Assembly: GCA_965217895.1 (NCBI GenBank) | Contig: CBDCJV010000002.1 | Span: 672,001 to 736,000 of the forward strand | DNA length: 64,000 nucleotides | DNA from: Waterburya sp. | GTDB lineage: Bacteria > Cyanobacteriota > Cyanobacteriia > Cyanobacteriales > Xenococcaceae | Reading direction: 5' to 3' | Shown here: one piece after another, positions 29,067 to 40,449 of the stretch | How the letters are laid out: the number at the start of each line of letters is the position of its first letter | How positions within the stretch are numbered: the stretch's first letter is position 1 | Notes under the pieces: model-generated | Database searches by the model: none | What the model was told of the DNA's origin: nothing | What the model saw: the letters and a program-made list of their open reading frames with translations, nothing else | Position numbers and translations under genes: made by a program

Positions 29067-31127
29067 TTAAAAATTAGGCTTTAGCTTGACTCTGACTAAG
29101 ACCGCAGTAATATTATCGTGACCATTGTGTTCGTTAGCAAAATTTACCAGTTTAAATAGACCTCCTTGAAGATCGCTTTGGGAACTAAGCAAAGGTTTAA
29201 GATATTCTTGCCAGTTTTCCTCTAATAAGTCATTATCTGAAAGACCATCAGAACAAAGCAATAGTAAGCAATCTTCGGTAATTTCGATAAACTGAATATC
29301 AGGACGCACATAGTTGTTGTCTCTAGGTCCTAAGGCTTGAGTCAACTGATAGGCATCAGGTCTGCCATAGGCAATGTCGGGTTCGACCCCCCGATTAATT
29401 TCTCTTTGACCAACTTCATGATCCAAGGTTAAGCGTTCTAGTCCTTGCTTGCGAGTAAGGCGATAGATGCGACTGTCTCCGACGTGGGCGATCGCTAGCT
29501 GAGTATCCTGTAAAAAAGCCATCACTAAAGTAGTCCCCATTCTACCGCTACCAGAACGAGAATTATCTATATTTGTTTGATAGAGAGCTTGATTGGCTAA
29601 TAAAATCCCTTTTTCAATAGTTTTTTGCGCTGGTAATTCTTGCTGCCAGTGGCTTTGAAAATACTTTTGGAGATTTTCTACCGCCATAGCACTAGCAACT
29701 TCTCCAGCTGCATGACCTCCCATGCCATCACAGACTATATACAAACCACGCATTTTGAGGTTGGTTTCGGTAGTATTTTCTGCTTTCTCAATTGAGGTTT
29801 TGACCCCAAAAAAATCTTCATTATGGTCTCTTTGGGAGCCAATGTCGGTACAGCTAGCATCAGCAATACTTCTTAAATGCATAGGTATCATTGCCGTGGC
29901 TTGTTCTTCAAAATCGCTACTATACATCATATCTTCTTCCTGTTCCTGGAAAAAAACTGGTTGTTCAGCAGACTCTGAATCATTGTTGAATTGGATTTTG
30001 TCGGGTTCAGATTGGGGAATGTTCACGTCAGAATAATTAGTATGAATATCAAAGGACTCAATTTCGTCTTCACCAAGACCAATATTATGAAGCTCTAATC
30101 TTAACTGTTCTATTTCATCTATCTCTCCTGAAATAACTCTCTCTAATAATTTATTTAGTTCATCTAGACTATCTGAATTTGATTCGGCAAAGCAAGCTTG
30201 CCATACTTTAGCTAAATCTTTGAGAGTCGGGCAACTGTCAGACTCATCCATATACAATTGCTGTAAGCAAAAGGCTTGATCTTCATCTATGCGTAAATTT
30301 TTGTCTACTAGCAAACTTTGAGCGCAGCTAATCTGCTGCAAAGGTTGCCACATTTTTGCCATTTCATCTAAAAACCAAATTATCTGTAGCAGTGGCAGTT
30401 TTTGTTGAGACCATAAATCTTTAAGTAATTGCCACTCAGAACGATCTGGTAGTAACACGACTCCTCGATCTTCTTGCTGCCACGCATCATAGATTCTGGG
30501 AACTGTAGGCGTATATTTCTCTAGAATTAGATAGGGTAAAGCATGAGTTGGCAGTCCGACTAAATTCCAGTATTGAGCTACTTTTAAATAGGAATCATTT
30601 AGACTTTGGCTTAATTCTGCAAACAAATCCATTTGTTGTTTTTGCAGGGTTGCCAAGTGGGATTTTTGCAAAGGATATTTATCAATTACTTTTTTTTGTA
30701 GATATGTATGCTCAGAATTGTAGTCTTTAGTAAGCAAAAATGTTTCAGAATTATTATCCCCCTCAATTTCGTAGCGACTTAAGGTATGGTCTTCTTTATG
30801 AAGCTGTAATAGAGATTTGGCTTTGTCTCGACATTCAATAAATAGGTCAGATATACTTTCAATTTCTAATTGTTCGTGATTGTTGTTATAAATACCGATT
30901 GTCTTAGCTAATTCTGCTTGAGGTAAAGGTTCTGCTACTGGTTTTTGAGAAATTATTGCCCACAGCACAGTATGATTAGCAGCACCGCAAAAGCTACAGC
31001 TTTTTGCTTCGATAGGAATATTTGCTTGGCATTGACAGCACATTTTATCCGTCAGTGAAACACCGCAATTTTGGCAAAATTTATTAGCTTCAGGATTTTC
31101 AAATTCACACTGTGGACAAATAAGCAT
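29067..31127 (-). CDS. PP2C-type Ser/Thr phosphatase with N-terminal double zinc ribbon
   Basis: CPQC/FCQNC; RDHNED, VCDGMGGH, HVGDSR, CSDGL, GHDNIT. Confidence 0.95.
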   Translation of the reverse strand: MLICPQCEFENPEANKFCQNCGVSLTDKMCCQCQANIPIEAKSCSFCGAANHTVLWAIISQKPVAEPLPQAELAKTIGIYNNNHEQLEIESISDLFIECRDKAKSLLQLHKEDHTLSRYEIEGDNNSETFLLTKDYNSEHTYLQKKVIDKYPLQKSHLATLQKQQMDLFAELSQSLNDSYLKVAQYWNLVGLPTHALPYLILEKYTPTVPRIYDAWQQEDRGVVLLPDRSEWQLLKDLWSQQKLPLLQIIWFLDEMAKMWQPLQQISCAQSLLVDKNLRIDEDQAFCLQQLYMDESDSCPTLKDLAKVWQACFAESNSDSLDELNKLLERVISGEIDEIEQLRLELHNIGLGEDEIESFDIHTNYSDVNIPQSEPDKIQFNNDSESAEQPVFFQEQEEDMMYSSDFEEQATAMIPMHLRSIADASCTDIGSQRDHNEDFFGVKTSIEKAENTTETNLKMRGLYIVCDGMGGHAAGEVASAMAVENLQKYFQSHWQQELPAQKTIEKGILLANQALYQTNIDNSRSGSGRMGTTLVMAFLQDTQLAIAHVGDSRIYRLTRKQGLERLTLDHEVGQREINRGVEPDIAYGRPDAYQLTQALGPRDNNYVRPDIQFIEITEDCLLLLCSDGLSDNDLLEENWQEYLKPLLSSQSDLQGGLFKLVNFANEHNGHDNITAVLVRVKLKPNF

Positions 31128-31534
31128 AATGTACTTTCCTAATAGATATAATTTTTGCCTACATTAATTTATTTTTTCTAATGGGTTAATTGGTAAAGGT
31201 ATTTCGCAGATAGATTTTTACTACGGAGAAAGGACAAGCCCTTTGGCAAAATGAGGAGCAGTTGGCAAATAAGCGAAATAGATTGCTGAAGGTAATAATT
31301 ATTGTTATTAGGGATGCAGTCAAAAATAAAGCTTAATTTAGTTGACACAATTAATCAAAATCTAAAAAATAAAGGTAATTATATCTGCAATCTTAGCTCA
31401 TCGTCTTTTTTTGGCAATCTCTTCTTAGTCGTTGTTGATTTAAAGGCTAGATTTTGATAATACTATCTGTGCTGAATCGCTTTTAGCTTTTAAACAATTG
31501 GAAATTGAGCATTTACTAAGCCTTACCTGGTAAT

Positions 31535-31777
31535 TTATTCAGAACCAAACCTGCTAGAGATTTTATTAATTAACCAAGTAGCGAATGCCCCTAAAAAGAG
31601 AATACCGATCGCTGGATTGAAAACTGGTATCCAAAGCCTATACCAAATATCAAAACCCAAAGGAATGTTTAGATAACGACCAATAACGGCGATCGCAAAC
31701 CAGATAAAGCCAAAGAAAACTAAAAATACATCAGCAACAAGAATACGGTTTAACCAAGTGACAATTTGTTCTTTCAT
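31535..31777 (-). CDS. Conserved 2-TM hypothetical protein
   Basis: LVADVFLV...WYRLW.PVFNPAIGIL; directly downstream of trmFO. Confidence 0.8.
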   Translation of the reverse strand: MKEQIVTWLNRILVADVFLVFFGFIWFAIAVIGRYLNIPLGFDIWYRLWIPVFNPAIGILFLGAFATWLINKISSRFGSE

Positions 31778-31789
31778 TTCTTGACTCGT

Positions 31790-33157
31790 TTAATTAATCG
31801 TGGCTAATTCTGGCTGTAGAGACTGTTTCCAGGTGGCTAAATCGGCAAAAGAGCGATCGCGATACTGACCATATCTTTCTCTTTTGTTTTTAACTTTAAT
31901 TGGCAATGGGGGAATAATACCAAAGTTAGGTGGCATGGGCTGAAAATGTTTGGCAGATGCCGAACTGATAAAATCAAAGAGCGCGCCCATCATTGTTGTC
32001 TCAGGCATACTCAGAGGTTTTTGTCCTAATGCTAAACGAGCAGCGTTTGTCCCTGCTAACCAGCCTCCTGCTGCTGCTGCGGTATAACCTTCCGTACCAA
32101 TTAGTTGACCAGCAGCTAAAACGGTCTTCTTGCTTTTAAATTGGAGAGTCGATTCTAATAACTGAGGAGAATTGATAAAGGTGTTGCGGTGCATTACTCC
32201 CATGCGTACAAACTCAGCATTCTCTAAGCCTGGAATTAATTTGAAGACTCGTTTTTGTTCTCCCCAACGCAGATTGGTCTGAAAACCGACCATGTTCCAC
32301 AGTTGTCCTGCTTTGTCTTCTTGACGAAGCTGCACGACGGCATAGGGACGTTTCCCTTTGTTTTCTGGGGCGCGAAAATCTCCCAAACGAGAATCAAACA
32401 ATCCTACTGGCTTGAGAGGGCCATAGCGCATAGTATCCTCTCCCCGTTGTGCCAATTCTTCAATTGGTAAACAGCCTTCAAAAAATTTGGCAGTTTCTCG
32501 TTCAAAATCTTTTAATTCTGCCTGTTCGGCTTTAGATAACTCCTGCTGAAAATTGAGATACTGCTCTTTGTTCATCGGGCAGTTGAGGTAAGCAGCCTCA
32601 CCTTTATCATAGCGAGATGCCAAAAAGGCGGCTTCTCGATCTATAGATTCTCCGACAATAATGGGGCTAGCAGCATCAAAAAAGCTCATATATTCCATGC
32701 CCGTAAACTTTTGCAGATCTTCTGTCAACTGGGGACTGGTTAAAGGGCCTGTAGCCAGCACAACAATGCTATCCTGGGGAACTTCAGTGATTTCTTCGCG
32801 CTTGAATTCAATCAGAGGGTGGCTGGCTAAAGTTTTAGTTAAATCACCACTAAAAACCCCTCTATCTACTGCTAATGCACCACCTGCGGGAACAGAGTGA
32901 TAATCTGCCGTGGCGATAATCCTTGAACCAAGACGACGTAATTCTTCGTGAAGTAAACCCGCAGCGCGATCGCTATTCTTCGCGCCAAAAGAGTTACTAC
33001 AGACTAATTCGGCTAATTCTTCTGTATGATGAGCAGGAGAAGTTCTGATGGGGCGCATTTCATAAAGAGTAACAGCCACCCCTGCTTGAGCTATTTGCCA
33101 AGCTGCCTCGGTTCCTGCTAAACCACCACCGATTACAATTACTCTGTCTTGGGTCAT
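31790..33157 (-). CDS. trmFO: Folate/FAD-dependent tRNA (uracil-5)-methyltransferase
   Basis: [27 protein letters not shown]. Confidence 0.97.
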   Translation of the reverse strand: MTQDRVIVIGGGLAGTEAAWQIAQAGVAVTLYEMRPIRTSPAHHTEELAELVCSNSFGAKNSDRAAGLLHEELRRLGSRIIATADYHSVPAGGALAVDRGVFSGDLTKTLASHPLIEFKREEITEVPQDSIVVLATGPLTSPQLTEDLQKFTGMEYMSFFDAASPIIVGESIDREAAFLASRYDKGEAAYLNCPMNKEQYLNFQQELSKAEQAELKDFERETAKFFEGCLPIEELAQRGEDTMRYGPLKPVGLFDSRLGDFRAPENKGKRPYAVVQLRQEDKAGQLWNMVGFQTNLRWGEQKRVFKLIPGLENAEFVRMGVMHRNTFINSPQLLESTLQFKSKKTVLAAGQLIGTEGYTAAAAGGWLAGTNAARLALGQKPLSMPETTMMGALFDFISSASAKHFQPMPPNFGIIPPLPIKVKNKRERYGQYRDRSFADLATWKQSLQPELATIN

Positions 33158-33301
33158 TTCATTTACAATTGATTATTTAATGAACGGTTATGTTACAAAG
33201 CATTAACTGATTTAATCGATTTTGAATACAACCAGGGTCTTTTACAGCGTAACCTACAGATACCATGCTGCTCATTAAATGTATCTAAATATAATTATGT
33301 T

Positions 33302-33472
33302 CGTACATTTACTGAAGACGAAAATAGACAGTCGATTTAAGTTAGAGACGCGTTAAGTTTTTTGCTAAGAAGTAACGCGCCCTAGAAAGTAATTATAGGA
33401 GCGTAATTTTAGCAATATCAGTCAAGTCGTAAATTGACCCGTGTATTAGCAGCCACTAATGCACGGTTTTTT
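33302..33472 (+). ncRNA. Candidate intergenic sRNA
   Basis: TATAAT at 33290-33295 and a plus-oriented terminator at 33439-33472 between two minus-strand genes. Confidence 0.45.
33439..33472 (+). terminator. Rho-independent terminator
   Basis: CCGTGTATTAG-cagcca-CTAATGCACGG-TTTTTT. Confidence 0.75.
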
Positions 33473-33505
33473 CAGTAATTGGTAGTAATCCTTCGATATT
33501 AGAGG

Positions 33506-34618
33506 TTACAAGCCCATTACTCGTGCTACTTTTTCTATTTCTAGAGGAACGCCTAGTTTTACCTCATTGAGGCTATGATCGACTGCGCTACTAGGATCTT
33601 TTAAACCATTACCTGTAAGAACGCAAACTACTGTAGCGTCGTCTGGAACTCGATCTTTAACCTTAAGCAAGCCTGCTACTGAAGCTGCACTAGCTGGTTC
33701 ACAAAATACCCCTTCTTCTGAAGCTAAGAGACGATAAGCATCAAGAATTTCTGTATCGGTTACAGAATTAAACTCTCCTTGGCTAGCTTCTTTAACGGCG
33801 ATCGCCTTTTGCCAACTGGCAGGATTACCAATTCTAATTGCTGTTGCTATAGTATCAGGATTATGCACACGCTCACCTGAAACTAAAGGCGCAGCACCTG
33901 CTGCCTGAAAGCCCATCATTTTTGGTAATCGAGAAGATTTTCCAGCGGTATGATATTCACAAAAACCCATCCAATAGGCGGTAATATTACCAGCATTGCC
34001 TACAGGAATACATAGCCAGTCAGGAGCATTGCCCAAGACATCAACTATCTCAAAAGCTGCGGTTTTTTGTCCCTGAAGACGATAAGGGTTAACAGAATTA
34101 ACTAACTGAACTGGATAATTTTCTGAAAGTTGACAAACAATAGTCAAGGCATCATCAAAGTTACCGTCTACGGCAATTATTTCCGCACCGTATAATAAAG
34201 CCTGAGCTAGTTTACCTAAAGCAACATAACCATCGGGAATTACTACAAACGCTTTTAAGCCTGCACGACGAGCATAAGCTGCTGCGGATGCTGATGTATT
34301 GCCCGTACTAGCACAGATAACCGCTGTTGCCCCATCTTCTTTGGCTTTGGAAATAGCCATAGTCATACCTCGGTCTTTAAAGCTGCCTGTAGGATTTAGA
34401 CCATCATATTTGACATAGACTGTGACCCCACGACCAATTTTAGACGAGATCCCATTAGCCAGAATCAAGGGGGTATTACCCTCCAACAAAGTAACTACAG
34501 GAGTGGCTTCGCTCACGGGTAAATAAGAGCGATACGTTTCAATCAAACCCTGCCAGTTATTTGCTGTTTTGGCAACGCTTGGATAAGAGAGGTTGGTCGA
34601 GGGGATACTTAGTGTCAC
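33506..34618 (-). CDS. thrC: Threonine synthase
   Basis: [25 protein letters not shown]. Confidence 0.96.
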   Translation of the reverse strand: MTLSIPSTNLSYPSVAKTANNWQGLIETYRSYLPVSEATPVVTLLEGNTPLILANGISSKIGRGVTVYVKYDGLNPTGSFKDRGMTMAISKAKEDGATAVICASTGNTSASAAAYARRAGLKAFVVIPDGYVALGKLAQALLYGAEIIAVDGNFDDALTIVCQLSENYPVQLVNSVNPYRLQGQKTAAFEIVDVLGNAPDWLCIPVGNAGNITAYWMGFCEYHTAGKSSRLPKMMGFQAAGAAPLVSGERVHNPDTIATAIRIGNPASWQKAIAVKEASQGEFNSVTDTEILDAYRLLASEEGVFCEPASAASVAGLLKVKDRVPDDATVVCVLTGNGLKDPSSAVDHSLNEVKLGVPLEIEKVARVMGL

Positions 34619-34750
34619 GAGGGCTATGGAGGGTTATTTCAGTTGACTTTGGCTCAAAGCTTTAAGCTACCAGTTATGGTCTGGGGACAATCAATAGCTA
34701 GTGGCTAATAACTTATTGAACAATAATCTTTATTTAACCATGAGAAGCTC

Positions 34751-34800
34751 ACAGTTTTGAGTTATTAGGTATAGCTAATTATACTTTGGCTCAAAACTGT
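34751..34800 (-). terminator. Stem-loop downstream of crhR
   Basis: ACAGTTTTGAG...CTCAAAACTGT. Confidence 0.55.
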
Positions 34801-34818
34801 TAACTCAATCGTAATTAT

Positions 34819-36288
34819 TTATTGTTCAATAATCACTTGTGATCTGAGTTTTCCTTGAGACTTAATTCTCGGAACTGATTTAGACTTACTACTACTGCTG
34901 TAGCTACCTTTACGAGAAGAGCGACCTTTTTTGCCTTTAACAACTGGTTTGGAAAAACTATCTTCAGGAATCTCCCAATCGCCTTTCATCCAGTTTGGAC
35001 AATCGCGGTCATAGACCATTTGCAAGGCGGCTGCTGCGATCGCTTGAGCATCATATTCGTCGCTCAATTCTCTAACCAAAGGCAAGAATGATGCCATTCT
35101 TTCCCCTGCTAGGGTTTCTTTGATTTTTGCCTGAAGCTTGCCAATGCGTTTGGCTTCTACTTGGTTTCTGTTGGGGATTTGAGCAATATCCAGCTTAGAA
35201 CGGATGCGACGCTCTATTTGTTTGAGACTACGACGATCTCCTGATTGGGCAATGGCGATCGCAGTACCTGTTTTGCCTGCACGACCAGTCCGCCCAATAC
35301 GGTGGATATAAGTTTCGGCGTTATCAGGTAAATCGTAGTTGATTACATGACTCAAATCCTGTACGTCCAATCCTCTAGCTGCAATATCTGTAGCTACTAC
35401 CATTCTGACTTTGCCATCGCGGAAGCGTTTAACTAGTCTTTCGCGCTGCACCTGACTCAAGTTGCCATGATACTCATCAACGCTGTGACCGGCTTCTTGT
35501 AGTTTACTGGTTAACTCGCTAGCAGTCCGCTTTGTACGAACAAATATAAGCGCAGATTCTGGCTCTTCTAGCTCTAAAATAGGCTGTAATGCCTTGATTT
35601 TCTGCCAACCACGAGGCACCATATAAACGTGCTGGTCGATTCTAGTCGGTGCTGCTTCTTGTTGCTTAACCGTGATGTATTCGGGAGAATTTAAAAAGTT
35701 TTTGATCAAATCTTTAATTTCTCTCGGCATAGTGGCAGACAAACAGGCAGTTTGTCTTCCTTCAGGGGTACGACGCAGAATTTTTTTAATATCGTCGATA
35801 AAGCCCATACTTAGCATTTCGTCAGCTTCGTCGAGAATAGCTAACTTTAGTTCATCTAGGTTTAGTTCACGGCGTTCTAGAAGATCGATTACTCTTCCTG
35901 GAGTACCGACAACAATCTGAACTCCTCGGCGCAGTCTACTGATTTGTCTTTCAATAGATTGACCACCATAAACTGTCATAGAAAAGACTTTTTGTTCTTT
36001 AGAGGTGAAATCTTGGATTGCCTGACCCACCTGTTGAGCTAGCTCTCTAGTAGGTGTCAGAATCAAAGCCTGTACGGCTTTATTGTTGGGATCGACAATT
36101 TCTAGTGCAGGAAGGGAAAAAGCTGCGGTTTTACCCGTACCTGTTTGAGATTGACCAACAATATCCTTACCTTCTAATAAAGCTGGTATGGCATCTTGTT
36201 GAATCTGAGTAGGTTCGGTAAATTCGAGCTGTTCTAGCTGTGCTAAACAAGCGTCTGATAGTCCTAAGTCTTGGAAAGTGGTTGTCAT
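34819..36288 (-). CDS. crhR: DEAD-box RNA helicase (CrhR type)
   Basis: QTGTGKT, PTRELA, DEAD, SAT, HRIGRTGR; downstream of rimO as in other cyanobacteria. Confidence 0.92.
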   Translation of the reverse strand: MTTTFQDLGLSDACLAQLEQLEFTEPTQIQQDAIPALLEGKDIVGQSQTGTGKTAAFSLPALEIVDPNNKAVQALILTPTRELAQQVGQAIQDFTSKEQKVFSMTVYGGQSIERQISRLRRGVQIVVGTPGRVIDLLERRELNLDELKLAILDEADEMLSMGFIDDIKKILRRTPEGRQTACLSATMPREIKDLIKNFLNSPEYITVKQQEAAPTRIDQHVYMVPRGWQKIKALQPILELEEPESALIFVRTKRTASELTSKLQEAGHSVDEYHGNLSQVQRERLVKRFRDGKVRMVVATDIAARGLDVQDLSHVINYDLPDNAETYIHRIGRTGRAGKTGTAIAIAQSGDRRSLKQIERRIRSKLDIAQIPNRNQVEAKRIGKLQAKIKETLAGERMASFLPLVRELSDEYDAQAIAAAALQMVYDRDCPNWMKGDWEIPEDSFSKPVVKGKKGRSSRKGSYSSSSKSKSVPRIKSQGKLRSQVIIEQ

Positions 36289-36416
36289 GAGTTATGTACT
36301 TTTACTGTTTATTTGCTAAAAAACTGTGCAGTTTGATACCGCTATAGATTGTCAGCACCTCAAAATTGCTTTAGCTAAAGGTGCTAGAGACTTTCTACGA
36401 ATTCCCAACAGTCTGT

Positions 36417-37754
36417 TTAGACTGCTGCATAAGCTGCTACGGGAGCAACTTCACCATAAAGGTCGTAAACATCTGCGGCAGTGATATTTACAGGAATTAT
36501 TGAACCTAGAGAAGCTTCACCACGAACGTATACAAGTCCGTCAACTTCTGGAGCAAATTGTGTAGAGCGACCAATTAACTGCCCCGAACTAGGATGTTCT
36601 TGTTCAACAAGAACATTTAATTTTTGACCGACATAAGCTTGGTTTTTAGCAGCAGCAATTGGTTGCTGTGCCTGCATTAAAATATCTCGGCGATTATTGC
36701 TGATTTGGGGATCGACTTGATTTTCCATACTGTGGGCGGGAGCTTCTGCTTCAGGAGAAAAGGTGAACACCCCAACGTGGTCAAACTCATGTCGTTTGAC
36801 AAACTCTACTAAATGCTGGAAATGAGCTTCCGTTTCCCCAGGAAAACCAACTATAAAAGTAGTCCTCAATACTGCCCCTGGTAATTCTCGTTTAATACGC
36901 TCAATAATGGCATCGTTTACCCTTCCCTGCCAAGGGCGATTCATGGCTCTTAAGATTTCGGGATGGGAATGCTGTAAGGGCAAATCTAGATAAGGAAGAA
37001 CATTGGGTGTATCTCTAATGGCTGCTATGACATCTGAAGTTAACCCTGTGGGGTAAGCGTAATGAATCCTGATCCAAGGTACATCAACCTTGCCCAACTC
37101 GATTAAAAGCTCCGCTAGCATTGGTTTCCCATAGAGATCTTTGCCGTAGTTGGTAGTAATTTGGGAAATCAGAATTATTTCCCGTACTCCCTGGGAAGCT
37201 AGAGACTCGGCTTCGGCGACAATTGATTCGATAGAACGCGATCGCTGATTTCCTCGCAGATGAGGAATAATGCAAAAAGCACAGCGATAGTCACAGCCTT
37301 CTGCCACTCTCAGGTAGGCTACCCCTTCAGTGGTAGTACGGTAGCGAGGAACTGTCTCATCGGCAATATAGACTGGTTCTTCGGTGATTTCGGTGACTCT
37401 TTCCCCTGTTTGGGCGCGCTCAATCACGTCAACTATTTTATGATAGTCGCCACTACCCACTACCGCCATTGCTTCGGGCAATTCTTCTAGGAGTTCTCCT
37501 TGAAAGTGTTGCGCCATACAGCCGGTGATGACAATTTTCTTATCGGCTTCGGCTAATTCTACTAGGGTACGAACTGATTCTTCTCTAGCTTCTTGAATAA
37601 AACTACAGGTATTGACAATTACATAATCAGCTAATTCTTCGTTGGAATCTACCTGATAACCTGCTTGAGCTAATAAGCCCAGCATATGTTCGGAATCTAT
37701 ACGGTTTTTTTCACATCCCAAATGGGATATAGCTATAGTTGGCTTATTTGCCAT
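36417..37754 (-). CDS. rimO: Ribosomal protein S12 methylthiotransferase
   Basis: [26 protein letters not shown]. Confidence 0.96.
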   Translation of the reverse strand: MANKPTIAISHLGCEKNRIDSEHMLGLLAQAGYQVDSNEELADYVIVNTCSFIQEAREESVRTLVELAEADKKIVITGCMAQHFQGELLEELPEAMAVVGSGDYHKIVDVIERAQTGERVTEITEEPVYIADETVPRYRTTTEGVAYLRVAEGCDYRCAFCIIPHLRGNQRSRSIESIVAEAESLASQGVREIILISQITTNYGKDLYGKPMLAELLIELGKVDVPWIRIHYAYPTGLTSDVIAAIRDTPNVLPYLDLPLQHSHPEILRAMNRPWQGRVNDAIIERIKRELPGAVLRTTFIVGFPGETEAHFQHLVEFVKRHEFDHVGVFTFSPEAEAPAHSMENQVDPQISNNRRDILMQAQQPIAAAKNQAYVGQKLNVLVEQEHPSSGQLIGRSTQFAPEVDGLVYVRGEASLGSIIPVNITAADVYDLYGEVAPVAAYAAV

Positions 37755-37774
37755 TCTTCATCCTAATTTTTAAA

Positions 37775-38020
37775 GACCAAATACAAAGGTTGCTACTAAT
37801 TTGCACGATCATCTGAAACTTTTACACCCAGGGGCAATAAAAATTTCTCCGATTTATATGGTCAGACTCAATATCTTGTCTGCGTGGAGCGTTAACCCCC
37901 TGGTCTTGAACAACTATAAAATATAATTTATAAAATATAAATATTTAGACCAACTGCTGGATTATGCTTCCTTAGTTTCGCGGCGGAGCAGGAGCTAACC
38001 AGACAGTTTGTATTCCGCAA
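37775..38020 (-). ncRNA. Candidate structured 5' leader RNA of rimO-crhR
   Basis: Two long stem-loops closed by a 9-bp long-range helix (see findings). Confidence 0.5.
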
Positions 38021-38281
38021 AACTATTTTTTATTAAAGACACCGCTTCTGACGGAGTTTGACTTTTGGCTATACATATCAATCGAGATACGTAAATAACC
38101 CTTTCGTTAAATTATATTAACAGATAAATTACCTAGTGGGAATCAAAAGCAGCAAAATTATCGGATATAACTGCAAAATCACATTTAGTCGGAACTTGAT
38201 GAGAGTATATACAGTATCTAGCTTTGTCTGAGATAATAGTAACTTTTGCAGAGGAGAAATAATAGGCGTGGTGAATTCATA

Positions 38282-39130
38282 GTGGAATTAAAACAAATTT
38301 GGCAAACAAATCGTCCAGTAATTGGGGTAGTTCATTTATCTCCTTTACCTACCTCTGCTCGTTGGCAAGGTAAACTTCAAGAGGTCATTGCCAGAGCCGA
38401 ACAGGAAGCTACTGCCTTGGCAGCGGGGGGAGTAGACGGTATTATTATTGAAAACTTTTTTGATGCTCCTTTTACGAAAGATTGTGTCGATCCTGCGGTA
38501 GTTAGTTCTATGACCCTAATTGTCGATCGCCTGAAGGGAATGGTGATGTTGCCTATCGGCATTAACGTTCTGCGCAATGATGCTAAAAGTGCTATGGCGA
38601 TCGCCACCTGTACAGATGTGCAGTTTATTCGTGTCAACGTTCTAACGGGAATTATGGCAACGGATCAGGGACTAATTGAGGGAAAAGCTCATGAATTACT
38701 CAAATATCGGCGAGAATTAGGCTCAAAAGTGGCAATTTTGGCAGATGTTTTAGTTAAGCACGCTCGACCTTTGAGTACGCCTAATTTGACCACCGCAGTC
38801 AAAGACACCATCGAAAGAGGTTTAGCCGATGGAGTAATCTTATCAGGCTGGGCAACAGGCAGCCCACCAACTCAAGAAGATCTCGAATTAGCATCCGCAG
38901 CAGCAGGAGATACTCCTGTATTTATTGGCAGTGGAGCAAATTGGGAAAATGTAACCCAACTTATGCAGGCTGCCGATGGTGTAATTGTTTCAAGCTCTCT
39001 CAAACGCCATGGCAAAATCAGCGAAACTATCGATCCCATTCGCGTATCTCAGTTTGTCGAAGCAGCGAAATCTGCTCCTAGAGAGGAAAAGCAAGCAAAT
39101 TCTAATTCTTCAGTTAAGCAATTTAATTAG
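38282..39130 (+). CDS. btpA: Photosystem I biogenesis protein BtpA
   Basis: IGVVHL, IENFFDAPF, GINVLRND, ADVLVKH; GTG at 38282 is the likely start. Confidence 0.93.
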   Translation: MELKQIWQTNRPVIGVVHLSPLPTSARWQGKLQEVIARAEQEATALAAGGVDGIIIENFFDAPFTKDCVDPAVVSSMTLIVDRLKGMVMLPIGINVLRNDAKSAMAIATCTDVQFIRVNVLTGIMATDQGLIEGKAHELLKYRRELGSKVAILADVLVKHARPLSTPNLTTAVKDTIERGLADGVILSGWATGSPPTQEDLELASAAAGDTPVFIGSGANWENVTQLMQAADGVIVSSSLKRHGKISETIDPIRVSQFVEAAKSAPREEKQANSNSSVKQFN

Positions 39131-39298
39131 TCAAAGATAGAGCCTAATTTTAACTCAAGCTATAATTTGGACAATAAACCATTGATCGTAATGTTATTTA
39201 CCATTTATCAATATTTCAGTGGCTTAATGATAAATGTTTAATGTTTACTGTTCAATGAAAAAACGAACTCATAAAATTGACATATACATATATTTGTT

Positions 39299-40294
39299 AT
39301 GCGCCGTAGACGTTCTTTACCCTGGATATATCGCTGGTCACGTCCCTTAATTGGGGCGGTAGCCATTGCAGGAGCAATCTTAACTGCTTTTTTAACGGTC
39401 AAAAAGCTGACTGGAGCTACCTTAGAATGTGGCATAAACTCTGCTGGTGGTGGTTGCGGAGGTGTCTTAAATAGTCCTTACGCCGAAGTATTTGGCTTGC
39501 CTTTAAGTTTATTTGGTTGTTTGGCATATATCTCCATGGCAGCTTTTGCTCTTGTTCCCTTGACAATTAGTTATGACAAACAGAAAAACTTCAAAAAGCA
39601 GCTAGAAAACCTCACCTGGTGGCTCTTGTTAGCTGGCAGTATTGCTATGGCTGTATTTAGCGGCTATTTGATGTATATTCTTGCCACAGAATTAAAGACA
39701 GTTTGCCCTTACTGTATTGGTTCGGCAGCATTTTCTCTAAGTCTATTGGTTTTGACCGTTACAGGTAGAGACTGGGAAGATATAGGACAAATATTATTTA
39801 CGGCAGCCATAGTGGCATTGCTTACCATAGTTGTCACTTTAGGAATTTATGCTAACGTTAACCCTTCTGTTGCTCAAGCAGATAGTCCATCAGAAATAGT
39901 CGATCCCCAAGATGGCAAGATTGCTATTCCTGAACCTGTGGGAAATCCTACGCCACCTAAAGGCTGGGAAATTACTACTGTTTCTGGAGAGGCGGAAATT
40001 GCTTTGGCTAAACATTTGAAAGCCACTGGTGTCAAGATGTATGGAGCGTTTTGGTGTCCTCATTGCTATCAACAAAAGGAACTATTTGGCGAAGAGGCGT
40101 TTGCTGAAATTGACTATGTTGAATGCGATCCCCAAGGAAAAAATCCGCAGCGAGATACTTGTATAGCCAAAGGCATTCAGTCTTTTCCTACCTGGGAAAT
40201 TGACGGTAAACTTTACCCAGGCGCCAAGGAACTAGGCGAATTTGCCAAACTATCTAAATACGAAGGCGACAAGAACTTCAAATACAAGCTGTAA
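39299..40294 (+). CDS. Vitamin K epoxide reductase-thioredoxin fusion (disulfide bond formation)
   Basis: CGGVLNSPY, CPYC, YGAFWCPHC, SFPTW. Confidence 0.93.
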   Translation: MRRRRSLPWIYRWSRPLIGAVAIAGAILTAFLTVKKLTGATLECGINSAGGGCGGVLNSPYAEVFGLPLSLFGCLAYISMAAFALVPLTISYDKQKNFKKQLENLTWWLLLAGSIAMAVFSGYLMYILATELKTVCPYCIGSAAFSLSLLVLTVTGRDWEDIGQILFTAAIVALLTIVVTLGIYANVNPSVAQADSPSEIVDPQDGKIAIPEPVGNPTPPKGWEITTVSGEAEIALAKHLKATGVKMYGAFWCPHCYQQKELFGEEAFAEIDYVECDPQGKNPQRDTCIAKGIQSFPTWEIDGKLYPGAKELGEFAKLSKYEGDKNFKYKL

Positions 40295-40449
40295 ACTTGT
40301 AGCCTTTTTGTATATTTCCTTATCCCTTATCCTTTCGTACTTTCTTCTCCCTATTTGTACAGCAAGCTGATAGTATCTAGCTTGGTGTAATCAAGATTGA
40401 AGCTATATATACAGAGTTTTCAACCGAATAGGGAGTAAAAGGCGATCGC

